Virus record (IMG/VR): IMGVR_UViG_3300021425_000008
Coordinates: 1 to 64,000 of that record
Direction: 5' to 3' (one strand)
Source of the DNA: a virus
Length of the DNA stretch: 64,000 bases
In this document: positions 1 to 8,812 of the stretch, piece by piece
Position numbering within the stretch: position 1 is the stretch's first letter
How the letters are laid out: each line of letters opens with the position of its first letter
Made by a program: the position numbers and the translations under genes
Notes under the pieces: model-generated
What the model saw: only the letters and a program-made list of their open reading frames with translations
What the model was told of the DNA's origin: nothing
Databases searched by the model: none

Positions 1-11
1 GAGTAAGACAA

Positions 12-176
12 ATGAACACCTTAAATCTCATCAAGAAGCAAATCGAGAAGGCATCTGCTCTTCACGATGCGCAAATTGCTAACACTGCATATCGTGGTGT
101 TGAGTATACCTGCAAGCAGGATGGTGAACAAGTACATGGTACTTTTTGCTATCGTGGTCGCTCGTATGTAAAGTGA
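12..176 (+). CDS. DUF4278-like small cyanophage protein (54 aa)
   Basis: Manual translation MNTLNLIKKQIEKASALHDAQIANTAYRGVEY...FCYRGRSYVK; tandem YRG motifs typical of DUF4278. Confidence 0.7.
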   Translation: MNTLNLIKKQIEKASALHDAQIANTAYRGVEYTCKQDGEQVHGTFCYRGRSYVK

Positions 177-177
177 G

Positions 178-270
178 ATGGAAGCACTACAAATCGCTGG
201 GATCGTATCCCTAAGTTCTGTAGCATTTCTTTCACTGATATACGGAGAGATTAAAGTTCTTTCCAAATAA
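178..270 (+). CDS. small hydrophobic protein (30 aa)
   Basis: MEALQIAGIVSLSSVAFLSLIYGEIKVLSK; abuts previous ORF and is followed by a terminator. Confidence 0.55.
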   Translation: MEALQIAGIVSLSSVAFLSLIYGEIKVLSK

Positions 271-274
271 ACAC

Positions 275-299
275 AGGGGGGTTGATCCCCTCTTTTTTT
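275..299 (+). terminator. intrinsic terminator
   Basis: AGGGG..CCCCT hairpin followed by a T run. Confidence 0.7.
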
Positions 300-309
300 A
301 TGGTATAAT
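282..309 (+). promoter_or_regulatory. sigma70-like promoter with extended -10
   Basis: TTGATC-16-TATAAT with TG.TATAAT. Confidence 0.55.
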
Positions 310-333
310 ATATGGACAACAACATCTATTGTT

Positions 334-507
334 ATGGAGAAAGACAATCTTAAAGCTATCATCAGAAACCTGAGACTCCTTCTTGACGCATTAGAGTCCG
401 AAGTGTATTCTGATCCTGCCGCATACATGGACAAGCGGGAGAACTTTGATGATGAGTACTATCCTCTTGCCGACTACGACGAGGTATTCGAAGATGACGA
501 CAACTGA
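334..507 (+). CDS. hypothetical acidic cyanophage protein (57 aa)
   Basis: Manual translation MEKDNLKAIIRNLRLLLDALESEVYSDP...YDEVFEDDDN. Confidence 0.65.
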   Translation: MEKDNLKAIIRNLRLLLDALESEVYSDPAAYMDKRENFDDEYYPLADYDEVFEDDDN

Positions 508-748
508 TGATTGGAGGTACACGGAGGAGAGGATGAAACTCCGTGAACAATGTCTTAAAGTTTTGTTAAATAGGTATGGTAGCGGTCGTATAAACGAAAC
601 ATCATATTCTACAAAAGACATTTATGAGTGTGTTGATACTTGGATCTCTCAGGGGAACAAGTTAAGTAATGGAATCGTTGCATATTTCAACGCATACTTC
701 AACCATGAAAACAAAGAAAGCAATCAAGTACATCCTAAAACATCCTGA
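494..748 (+). CDS. hypothetical protein
   Basis: ORF track 446..748; likely start at ATG 494 overlapping the previous stop. Confidence 0.6.
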   Translation: MTTTDDWRYTEERMKLREQCLKVLLNRYGSGRINETSYSTKDIYECVDTWISQGNKLSNGIVAYFNAYFNHENKESNQVHPKTS

Positions 749-854
749 ACTCTTTACTCAAGGTGAGAGAGAGTATGTTAAACTGATGAAAAAAGAACGA
801 AACGTTTTAAAAAAGAAACATGAATCAAGCAAAACTGATCTCAGTAACTCCTGA
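705..854 (+). CDS. hypothetical basic protein
   Basis: MKTKKAIKYILKHPELFTQGE...; overlapping operon arrangement. Confidence 0.55.
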   Translation: MKTKKAIKYILKHPELFTQGEREYVKLMKKERNVLKKKHESSKTDLSNS

Positions 855-1455
855 TGCTGAGCAACACATTGCGTATTGTGCGCGTGTGTCTAACCCAAAC
901 AATCAGGACAATGAGAACTTTGCTGGTCTCTTAAAGTATTGTATTAAACATCAACACTGGAGTATCTTTGAACAAGCGTTCATGACTCTGGAGATGGAGA
1001 CGACTCGTGGTCTTGCAGCTCAAGTCCTACGGCACCGTTCGTTCACCTTCCAGGAGTTCTCACAACGGTATGCAAGTACCAACCTTCTGTCTTCCGACAT
1101 TGAACTCCCTGAACTGAGACGACAGGACACCAAGAACCGTCAGAATAGTATTGATGATCTTGATCCTGAAATTGTTGAACGTCTGGAACGTCAGATGGTA
1201 ACTCTGTTTAGTTCTGCATCGAATCTTTACAATCAGATGTTGGATGCAGGTGTCGCGAAAGAGTGTGCTCGTTTTGTACTGCCTCTTGCAACACCAACCA
1301 AGATGTACATGACTGGTTCAATCCGCAGTTGGATTCATTACATCGACCTGAGGTCAGCAAACGGAACTCAGAAAGAACATATGGATCTTGCCAACTCTTG
1401 TAAGGAGATTTTCAAGGAACAGTTCCCTGTCATTTCAGAGGCTCTGGATTGGTAA
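820..1455 (+). CDS. thyX: FAD-dependent thymidylate synthase ThyX
   Basis: RHRSFTFQEFSQRY ThyX signature; H.SIFE and AKECARFVLP motifs. Confidence 0.97.
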   Translation: MNQAKLISVTPDAEQHIAYCARVSNPNNQDNENFAGLLKYCIKHQHWSIFEQAFMTLEMETTRGLAAQVLRHRSFTFQEFSQRYASTNLLSSDIELPELRRQDTKNRQNSIDDLDPEIVERLERQMVTLFSSASNLYNQMLDAGVAKECARFVLPLATPTKMYMTGSIRSWIHYIDLRSANGTQKEHMDLANSCKEIFKEQFPVISEALDW

Positions 1456-1487
1456 TAAATATACACACACATAATGGAGGTGAAATT

Positions 1488-1739
1488 TTGGCAACGTATC
1501 CTGTAAGAAACAAGGAGACTGGTGAAACGAAAGATGTTGTAATGAGCATTCATGACTGGGATCAGTGGAGAGAAGACAATCCCGAATGGGAAAGATACTA
1601 TACACCTGACAATGCTCCCTGCCTGGGGGTAGAGATGGGTGACCCATTCAATAAGATCTACACCAAACATCCAGGTTGGAAAGACGTTATTAGTAAGGCC
1701 AAAAAACAACCAGGATCAAACCTCAAACACTACGATTAA
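1488..1739 (+). CDS. conserved cyanophage hypothetical protein upstream of phoH
   Basis: GGAGGTGA SD before TTG 1488; (M)ATYPVRNKETGE...DNPEWER. Confidence 0.7.
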   Translation: MATYPVRNKETGETKDVVMSIHDWDQWREDNPEWERYYTPDNAPCLGVEMGDPFNKIYTKHPGWKDVISKAKKQPGSNLKHYD

Positions 1740-1743
1740 TTTT

Positions 1744-2508
1744 ATGCCAGCAAAGAAGAAAGCAGGTATTGGTAGTACCAATCCAGTTCCATTTGGGATG
1801 TCGAATAAGATGATGAAGAGAAAGAAACCGATCAATCTCGATTTCATTAAAAAGATTGAACCTATCACTGATAACCAACAGGTTTTCTTTGATAAGTATA
1901 AACAAGAACAGAACTTGGTTGCATACGGATGTGCTGGAACTGGTAAGACCTTTATCACTCTCTACAATGCATTGATGGATGTCTTAGATCCAAAGACACC
2001 ATACGAAAAGATCTACATCGTCAGGTCCCTTGTACCTACCAGAGAAATTGGATTCCTCCCTGGTGACCATGAAGATAAGTCATCTCTGTATCAGATTCCT
2101 TACAAGAACATGGTCAAGTACATGTTCGAGATGCCAGACGATGCATCGTTTGAGATGTTGTATAACAACCTCAAAGCACAGGGTACAATCTCCTTCTGGT
2201 CCACCTCATTCATCCGTGGTACCACACTGGATAATGTCATCGTAATTGTTGACGAGTTCCAGAACCTCAACTTCCATGAACTTGACTCGATGATCACTCG
2301 TATCGGTGAACATTCAAAGATCATGTTCTGTGGTGACGCATCTCAGTCCGACTTGACTAAACAGAATGAAAGGAATGGTATCGCAGACTTTATGCGTATC
2401 TTGACTAACATGCCATCCTTTGATACAATTGAATTTGAAGCAGAAGACATCTGCAGAAGTGGACTTGTCAAAGAGTACATCATTGCTAAACTTGAATTAG
2501 GTATGTAA
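1744..2508 (+). CDS. phoH: PhoH-family ATPase
   Basis: GCAGTGKT P-loop, IGFLPG, RGTTLD, DEFQN, GD..QSD. Confidence 0.95.
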   Translation: MPAKKKAGIGSTNPVPFGMSNKMMKRKKPINLDFIKKIEPITDNQQVFFDKYKQEQNLVAYGCAGTGKTFITLYNALMDVLDPKTPYEKIYIVRSLVPTREIGFLPGDHEDKSSLYQIPYKNMVKYMFEMPDDASFEMLYNNLKAQGTISFWSTSFIRGTTLDNVIVIVDEFQNLNFHELDSMITRIGEHSKIMFCGDASQSDLTKQNERNGIADFMRILTNMPSFDTIEFEAEDICRSGLVKEYIIAKLELGM

Positions 2509-3179
2509 TGTTCAATCATATTGAAATAGATTATCCGTCTCTCGAAAGGGAGACGATTGATGGTGTTAGATATTATGATACCCCTCAAGGTAAAAAATTA
2601 GTATCAATCACGTCTGTTATCAGTCATTACAACAGAGAGATCTTCACTAAGTGGAGAAAACGTGTTGGTGTGGATGAAGCAAACAAGATCACCAAGGCAG
2701 CAACTAGTCGTGGTACTGACATGCACACACTGGTTGAACATTACATGAAGAATGAGAAACTTCCGAGTGTACAACCGTTGTCTGAATACTTGTTCAAACA
2801 ATCGAAACCGACTCTTGACAAGATCGATAACATTCACGCAATCGAACAGTCATTGTTCTCTAACCAGTTAGGAGTTGCTGGGACTGTTGATTGTATCGCA
2901 GAGTACGAAGGTGAACTTGCAATCATTGATTTCAAGACGAGCAAGAAACCAAAACCTGAAAAGTGGATTGAACATTATTATGTACAGTGTGCAGCTTATG
3001 CTTGTATGCTCTATGAAATGACTGGTATTGCAGTCAAAAAATTTGTGATTATTATGTCCTGTGAGGATGGAGAATGTGTCGTTTATGAACAGTATGACAA
3101 GAGTAAGTACATCAAACTTCTCACCGAATATATTAGAGAGTTTGTTCAATTCAAATTACAGGAATATGGCAAAACCTGA
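2508..3179 (+). CDS. PD-(D/E)XK RecB/Cas4-like exonuclease
   Basis: RGTDMH, AGTVDC, IIDFKTS, Q..AY; T4-like synteny after phoH. Confidence 0.85.
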   Translation: MFNHIEIDYPSLERETIDGVRYYDTPQGKKLVSITSVISHYNREIFTKWRKRVGVDEANKITKAATSRGTDMHTLVEHYMKNEKLPSVQPLSEYLFKQSKPTLDKIDNIHAIEQSLFSNQLGVAGTVDCIAEYEGELAIIDFKTSKKPKPEKWIEHYYVQCAAYACMLYEMTGIAVKKFVIIMSCEDGECVVYEQYDKSKYIKLLTEYIREFVQFKLQEYGKT

Positions 3180-3432
3180 ACTCAGTGTGGAACAACTCAT
3201 CGAGAATAAGTTCTACAATAGTAGGACGTTTTCTGAAGAGATTGAAAAGATTGCAAAAGAAAACAAGGACATGAAATACATGGACTCGATTGTTTTCTTC
3301 TGTGAGAAAAACAATATTGACATTGAGTCTATTCCTAAGTTAATATCTAAACCATTGAAGGAGAAACTCAAAGCCGAAGCAATGGAATTGAATCTCCTCA
3401 AGAGAACATCTCATGCGAAACTCCCTTTATGA
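3166..3432 (+). CDS. gp33: late transcription co-activator gp33
   Basis: FSEEIEKI...YMDSIVFFCEKNNID...ISKPLKEKLKAEA..LN; synteny. Confidence 0.85.
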   Translation: MAKPELSVEQLIENKFYNSRTFSEEIEKIAKENKDMKYMDSIVFFCEKNNIDIESIPKLISKPLKEKLKAEAMELNLLKRTSHAKLPL

Positions 3433-4040
3433 TTCCTAAAGTGAAACCCTTCGATTGTTACAAGAGTTATCTTGGATTGAAAAATCACTTCACTAAACAA
3501 AATTATGACTATCATAGGTACGGAGGAAAATCTCGTGCGTCTTTAGAATCTTTCTACAAACGTAAGGATAGATTTTTCTTTGAAAAATTGAGTCGTCAGA
3601 AAGATGATAGTGAAGTTATTGAATTCTTTGTCTCTAATTTTGTGTCTTGTGATGATCCTCAGTCTCTGTGGATTGGCGAGATCGTTAGAAACGGGGAAAC
3701 AAACTATACCAACTGGAAGAAACGTCTTCAGAGTTTATCTTACACGTTTCGAACAGAAATAGAAAATGTCTTTTCAGATAAAAAGTTTGACGAGATGTTC
3801 TACATTGATGGGACAAGACACCCACATATTGTAAGAGAACATCTTGGAAAAAACTTATCACTCGAATCCCTGGTCATCTTGAACAAGATTCTGGGATTCA
3901 AAACCGAGTTTGATAGGAGACTTAATGATCCTATCTGGAAGTTCTTGTCAATGAGAATTGATAAGTACGATTCCTTTATACATATTGATGTATTTAAGTT
4001 TAAATCGATCCTTAAGGAGGTTATTGTCCATGGCACTTGA
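3429..4040 (+). CDS. gp59: helicase loader gp59
   Basis: YLGLKNHF...YDYHRYGGK...RKDRFFFEKL; synteny with gp33 and gp32. Confidence 0.88.
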   Translation: MIPKVKPFDCYKSYLGLKNHFTKQNYDYHRYGGKSRASLESFYKRKDRFFFEKLSRQKDDSEVIEFFVSNFVSCDDPQSLWIGEIVRNGETNYTNWKKRLQSLSYTFRTEIENVFSDKKFDEMFYIDGTRHPHIVREHLGKNLSLESLVILNKILGFKTEFDRRLNDPIWKFLSMRIDKYDSFIHIDVFKFKSILKEVIVHGT

Positions 4041-4209
4041 TAATGCTACTGTGCTTGAAAACTTGAGAAAACAAAAGGCTGAACTCGAACAACAATTCGA
4101 TGTTGGTCGTGAGATGTATCTAAAAATTCAAGGTGCTATCGATGTCCTTGAACAGATTGAAGGGATTGAGCAACAAGAAACTGTCGCAGAATCAGAAGAG
4201 GAAGAATGA
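4030..4209 (+). CDS. hypothetical coiled-coil protein
   Basis: AAGGAGG SD before ATG 4030. Confidence 0.65.
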   Translation: MALDNATVLENLRKQKAELEQQFDVGREMYLKIQGAIDVLEQIEGIEQQETVAESEEEE

Positions 4210-4541
4210 GTTTCTTTCAGTCAGAAATAGTCCAAACAGAAATGAAAGAGATTGCAGAACTCCAAGAGGAGATCTATAAGAATGTCTTTTCATTTCCATC
4301 CATGTCTAACAAAGATAAGTTAGAACATGTAGAAATGTTGGAAGACCTGTTGAAGAAACAACAGGTTCTATACACTCGTCTGAGTCTTTCTGACGATCCT
4401 GAAGCTCAGTTGATGAAGGACAGTATCATGTCCTCTGCTCGTCAACTAGGATTCCCTGCTGACGTGGATCTGTCTTACGTTTTTGCCAACATGACAAACG
4501 TTATAGATAATATGAGGAAACACCTTGACGAGTCCCTCTGA
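4206..4541 (+). CDS. DUF1825-like cyanobacterial/cyanophage protein
   Basis: MSFFQSEIVQ.E...RLSLSDDPEA motif. Confidence 0.75.
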   Translation: MSFFQSEIVQTEMKEIAELQEEIYKNVFSFPSMSNKDKLEHVEMLEDLLKKQQVLYTRLSLSDDPEAQLMKDSIMSSARQLGFPADVDLSYVFANMTNVIDNMRKHLDESL

Positions 4542-4553
4542 GGGGTGTAGTAT
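4525..4553 (+). promoter_or_regulatory. sigma70-like promoter upstream of gp32
   Basis: TTGACG-17-TAGTAT. Confidence 0.65.
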
Positions 4554-4555
4554 AC

Positions 4556-4621
4556 GGGGGTGGTCAGGTCCCCCACCCAAACTTGACCAACAAGCCAAAT
4601 ACAAACTACAGGTAAATACGA
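4556..4621 (+). promoter_or_regulatory. candidate gp32 autoregulatory leader: H-type pseudoknot plus unstructured A-rich tract
   Basis: S1 4556-60/4570-74, S2 4562-69/4581-88, then an A/C-rich tract to ATG 4622. Confidence 0.6.
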
Positions 4622-5587
4622 ATGTCTTTTTCAGATCTAAAGAAACAATCCTCTCTTGGTTCTCTGACACAGAAACTGGTCAAAGAAGTAGAGAAGCAAA
4701 ACGGTGGTGTCGGCGGTGGTGCCGATGACCGTCTGTGGAAACCAGAGATGGATAAAAGTGGTAACGGATATGCTGTTATTCGTTTCCTTCCTGCTCCCGA
4801 AGGAGAAGATCTCCCTTGGGTGAAACTGTTCTCCCATGCCTTCCAAGGTCCTGGTGGTTGGTACATCGAAAACTCCCTGACTACCATTGGTGGTAAGGAT
4901 CCTATCGGTGAACTGAACCGTGAACTGTGGAACAGTGGTAACGAAGCAGATAAGGAAACCGTTCGCAAACAAAAGCGTAAACTTTCTTTCTACGCAAACA
5001 TCTACGTGGTCAAGGACCCTGCCAATCCTCAGAATGAAGGTAAGGTATTCCTGTACAAGTTTGGTAAGAAGATCTTCGACAAGATCATGGAAGCAATGCA
5101 ACCTGAATTCGAAGATGAAACTCCTATCAACCCCTTTGACTTCTGGCAAGGTGCCAACTTCAAACTCAAACTGAAGAAGGTTGCTGGTTACTGGAACTAT
5201 GATAGTTCCGAGTTCGATCGTGTGTCTCCTCTCCTGGATGACGATGAAGCGATGGAAGCAATCTGGAAGAAGCAGTATTCACTCACTGCCTTCACTGCAC
5301 CCGATCAGTTCAAATCCTATGATGAACTGAAGAAGCGTCTTGATTATGTACTGGGCAACAAGTCCACCCGTCGATCAACCGTAGAGGAAGAAACTGAGTA
5401 TGATAACTACGCAGCAACAGAACGAAAGACTGTCTCCGAAGAAGAGGTCATGCGAAAGCTGGAAGACTCCTACCAGTCTTCAAAGACAACTTCTGACTTC
5501 AACTCTCCTGATATTACTGTCAGTAAGGGAGACGATGAGGACGACGACGATCCGATGAAATACTTCTCGCGTCTGGCAAACGATTGA
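4622..5587 (+). CDS. gp32: single-stranded DNA-binding protein gp32
   Basis: D.SGNGYAVIRFLP, WYIEN, KFGKKIFDKI, GANFKLK, acidic tail. Confidence 0.97.
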   Translation: MSFSDLKKQSSLGSLTQKLVKEVEKQNGGVGGGADDRLWKPEMDKSGNGYAVIRFLPAPEGEDLPWVKLFSHAFQGPGGWYIENSLTTIGGKDPIGELNRELWNSGNEADKETVRKQKRKLSFYANIYVVKDPANPQNEGKVFLYKFGKKIFDKIMEAMQPEFEDETPINPFDFWQGANFKLKLKKVAGYWNYDSSEFDRVSPLLDDDEAMEAIWKKQYSLTAFTAPDQFKSYDELKKRLDYVLGNKSTRRSTVEEETEYDNYAATERKTVSEEEVMRKLEDSYQSSKTTSDFNSPDITVSKGDDEDDDDPMKYFSRLAND

Positions 5588-5610
5588 TACCAAAATCGGC
5601 CTTTGCTTTC

Positions 5611-5645
5611 AAAAAAGCCCCGAAAAAAATTCGGGGTATTTTTTT
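5611..5645. terminator. bidirectional terminator between convergent gp32 and gp53
   Basis: A6-GCCCCGAA-loop-TTCGGGGT-A-T7. Confidence 0.8.
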
Positions 5646-5662
5646 GCCCTATTACTTTTTTT

Positions 5663-6331
5663 CTAGATATAAAGTCTGATGTTTTCACCCCTTACAACAC
5701 GGTCTGAGACGTATTGTGTCGAACCAGGAGTGTAAGGCATAATCGTATTGATATCGTCTATAACGAGTGCAAGGTAAGTACCCTTCAGAATGAAGATACT
5801 CCTTTTATCTTCTTCAAGTCTATTCTCATAGATCAAATTAGAGACAGGGAATGTACTTGATCTCGTAACCATCTGTTTCAGGGTAGGATCAAAGAAAGTG
5901 ATTGAAAAGTCCTGTGGTACCTCTAACCCTTCAGGGACGATTTGTCTACCTGCTTTATCAGTAATCAGATTTGTCTCATAATGATGAACCTCATTCAACT
6001 TTTCATATGTACCATACTTATTCAAAAGGTACTTATCGTATGAAGCTTGATCTTTTGGCCATTCTGTTTCAAAGTTCAATATATTGTTGCACAACATAAT
6101 CAACCAATCAAGGTTAGGATCGTTATAGACCTTTTTCGCAACATTATCAGGTCTTTCATTACCCTTGACTTGATACTTGGTGAAGAAGTTGAGATCCTGG
6201 AAGATATCCTCTGAGATCTGTGCTCTCTTGAAGATATTCTTTACCCGAGTATAGTCAGATATACTTTGACCATCTTTCGTTCTATCAACATAGTCGAAAT
6301 CGGGTATATTTCTAAAATACTTTTTTGCCAT
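5663..6331 (-). CDS. gp53: baseplate wedge protein gp53
   Basis: YF..IPDFDY, ERPDNVA..VY.DP.LDWLIML.NNI, HHYET. Confidence 0.9.
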   Translation of the reverse strand: MAKKYFRNIPDFDYVDRTKDGQSISDYTRVKNIFKRAQISEDIFQDLNFFTKYQVKGNERPDNVAKKVYNDPNLDWLIMLCNNILNFETEWPKDQASYDKYLLNKYGTYEKLNEVHHYETNLITDKAGRQIVPEGLEVPQDFSITFFDPTLKQMVTRSSTFPVSNLIYENRLEEDKRSIFILKGTYLALVIDDINTIMPYTPGSTQYVSDRVVRGENIRLYI

Positions 6332-6333
6332 GT

Positions 6334-7785
6334 TTAGAATCCCATGTTTTGTTCTTCAAGATTACTATATTCATCGGCAAAGTTTGGAACTACTTCCTTG
6401 AAAGTCAAATCGATGGTGTATCGAGTCATCGATCCATCTCTCAAAGTCATATAAGAATTGTCTGGAGTGTAGTTGACATTGAAATTGGTCAACATACAAG
6501 GTTTAAATTTATTTAGAAATGGATGTGTGGCCTCTGTAGTTGAATTACTACTGAAGATATATTTTAACAAGAATATTCTTGGTGTCATCAGGAAAGCAGA
6601 TGATTCTGATCTTTGTGGTAATGAGTTTCTCTTAAATGCTCTAATAATTTTTCTGATATTTACTGCCTCTTCACTTGACCTCGGAGTCATTGGAAAACTA
6701 AACTGGAATGACCTTAAAGTCGGACCACTGAACAATACGGTCATGTTTGGATTAACCACCATTCCTGTTGATCTTGCGACAAGATTTGTACCAACTGCTT
6801 GACCCGCAAAATATGCTGTAATATATTTTCTGGTAGCATTATCTGATGCAAGACCTTTTAAACTACTCATCGTGTTTGCTGCAGTCTGTTTCAGAGACTC
6901 TATAAAATTATCCTGTCCAAATGCACCGATTGCACCCATAGCTGCCTTACCACCAAGCAATTGAAGGAAGTCGGCACTTGAGTCTTCATAACTTACAGCA
7001 TTTGATTCTGACAAGTTCGGTTGCATCGGGAGAATGACAGTTTCGAATGTCTCCCCTCCCACGTTTGATTGACTTAAGTCACCTGTCTGTTCAGTCAATC
7101 CAGTCGGTGAATATTCCTTTGCCTGAATACTGATGAAGTCGTATTCAAATGCGTCTGGCATCTCTGTAGGATACCTTAAGATCTCCGAACTTCCACCAAC
7201 TTGGACTGAACCACTACCTGCAGAACCTGATCCAACTGACGTATCCGAATCTACACTATCTGCACCACCAGTTGTATCAGATGTTGTGAGAGTTGAACCC
7301 TCCGAGTCTGTACCAGTATTATTCAGACTAGGGTTTTGAGTTCCTGTATTTGCATTTGTTGCAGAAACTGTACTGTTAGGTGAATTACTGAATGGATCAC
7401 CATCAGTAATAGTTCCGTCATTGTTTACGTATTGACCAGTGGTTGGATTTTGTGTTCCTGGTATCCCATTTTCATAAAGTGTCTGTTTAACAGAAACATT
7501 ACCCTCATTTGCAGTATTTAAAACTTCCGTTCTTGCCTCATTAAATGTTGATGTTCTGTTTTGAAAGGTGCTTTCAAATGTTAACGATGTTGCACTATTT
7601 CCAGGAACTGCATTATATGCACTTCTGAAGGCTGATTCGTTTAATATTGTCCAATCACTACCTTGACCCACTGCTAGTTGCGTGTTCCCATCAGCAGTAT
7701 AAAGATAAGTTTCTCCAGTGACTGTATTAACTTGTTGTTCGACAATCATTCCGTCAAATACAACTTGAGACTTATCTACAGCCAT
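6334..7785 (-). CDS. gp48: baseplate tail-tube cap gp48 with N-terminal extension
   Basis: VNPN..VLF.GP.LRSFQFSF.MTPRS..EA..I..II..FK; synteny. Confidence 0.85.
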   Translation of the reverse strand: MAVDKSQVVFDGMIVEQQVNTVTGETYLYTADGNTQLAVGQGSDWTILNESAFRSAYNAVPGNSATSLTFESTFQNRTSTFNEARTEVLNTANEGNVSVKQTLYENGIPGTQNPTTGQYVNNDGTITDGDPFSNSPNSTVSATNANTGTQNPSLNNTGTDSEGSTLTTSDTTGGADSVDSDTSVGSGSAGSGSVQVGGSSEILRYPTEMPDAFEYDFISIQAKEYSPTGLTEQTGDLSQSNVGGETFETVILPMQPNLSESNAVSYEDSSADFLQLLGGKAAMGAIGAFGQDNFIESLKQTAANTMSSLKGLASDNATRKYITAYFAGQAVGTNLVARSTGMVVNPNMTVLFSGPTLRSFQFSFPMTPRSSEEAVNIRKIIRAFKRNSLPQRSESSAFLMTPRIFLLKYIFSSNSTTEATHPFLNKFKPCMLTNFNVNYTPDNSYMTLRDGSMTRYTIDLTFKEVVPNFADEYSNLEEQNMGF

Positions 7786-7799
7786 TATACTAAGGAATT

Positions 7800-8189
7800 T
7801 TAATTATTTATTGTAAAACTTTGATATGGAATTGCTCTTAAAGTCTTCAATTCCATAGGATATACCTTATATAGATTGCTTTGTAATTCTTCCCAGGTGT
7901 AATTTCTCATTTCTCCCCAGTGATAGTTCAAACCTCTAAATCCCCATCTAAAAAGGCCAGTTACCGCGACTAAAGGAAATCTGTCGTATTCAACTCTTGG
8001 TGTTTTTGCAGAGTATATAAAGGTAAAATATTTACCAACGTCAGGAACAACTTCTACTTCAGTTTGTAGTTTCTCGATGATTTCCAACATCATATCATCT
8101 TCAACCCTCATCGCTTTGATACGATTTACTTCTTCTTCAGTAAATCGATTTACATCACTGTCGAGATATTTCTGTTGTTCCTCATCCAT
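7800..8189 (-). CDS. gp2: DNA end protector gp2-like protein
   Basis: GKYFTFIYSAKT...YDRFPLV...GLNYH resembles T4 gp2 conserved motifs. Confidence 0.7.
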   Translation of the reverse strand: MDEEQQKYLDSDVNRFTEEEVNRIKAMRVEDDMMLEIIEKLQTEVEVVPDVGKYFTFIYSAKTPRVEYDRFPLVAVTGLFRWGFRGLNYHWGEMRNYTWEELQSNLYKVYPMELKTLRAIPYQSFTINN

Positions 8190-8812
8190 TATCTACCAGG
8201 TGGTAATTGTCTCTGAGTGTTTTTTGCAGGTGGTAATTGTCTGTTACTTTTGGCAGGATTTAGTCTCTTCTGAGTGGTTGGTCCAAGGTCTTGTACATTG
8301 ACCTTTTGAACACCCATGTTGTCTCTCGACAGATTAGACTTGGCAGGTCTGATTGCAGGTCTCTGTCTACTGCCAGCCATGGCAGTTGATGCTGGTCTTG
8401 CGGAGATCTGTTTGTGTTGTGGTGGTTGTTTAGCAGCAGCTGTTCTTCTTGCAACCATTGAGTCTTTACCTGCTGGAAGTGATTTACGTTCCTTTCCAGC
8501 TGGTAATGCTCTTTTTGATGATGGAACTGTACCAGGTTTTGGTCTTCCTACAGTGTCTTTTCTTCCTACACCTGATCCTCTATATCTTGTATCTCTACCA
8601 CTGTCGGACTTTTGAGATTGTTGATCCGAATCTTGGTCTCCACCTTTATCACTTCCACCACCTCTTCTCTTCAAAAGGTCAGCAACAGAAAATTGTTTTC
8701 CTCGTGGCATTTCAGATGGTGTTAAACCACCCCGACCCCTTTTATCACGACTAATTGTACCTGCAGTATCTGACGCAGCATCTTCAGATAGGAACTCTCT
8801 TAAAGTCTTCAT
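8189..8812 (-). CDS. basic low-complexity protein with capsid-targeting-like N-terminus
   Basis: MKTLREFLSE start; R/K/P/S/G-rich body. Confidence 0.6.
   Translation of the reverse strand: MKTLREFLSEDAASDTAGTISRDKRGRGGLTPSEMPRGKQFSVADLLKRRGGGSDKGGDQDSDQQSQKSDSGRDTRYRGSGVGRKDTVGRPKPGTVPSSKRALPAGKERKSLPAGKDSMVARRTAAAKQPPQHKQISARPASTAMAGSRQRPAIRPAKSNLSRDNMGVQKVNVQDLGPTTQKRLNPAKSNRQLPPAKNTQRQLPPGR

Noticed and set aside
820-1455. Intron or homing endonuclease in thymidylate synthase
   Set aside because: ORF is continuous and normal length for ThyX
2508-3179. Cas4 of a CRISPR system
   Set aside because: Standard T4-like exonuclease in conserved phoH-gp33 synteny; no array or other cas genes
4606-5149. 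Antisense ORFs over gp32 and many similar shadow ORFs in the track
   Set aside because: They overlap well-supported genes on the other strand or frame and show no motifs or RBS
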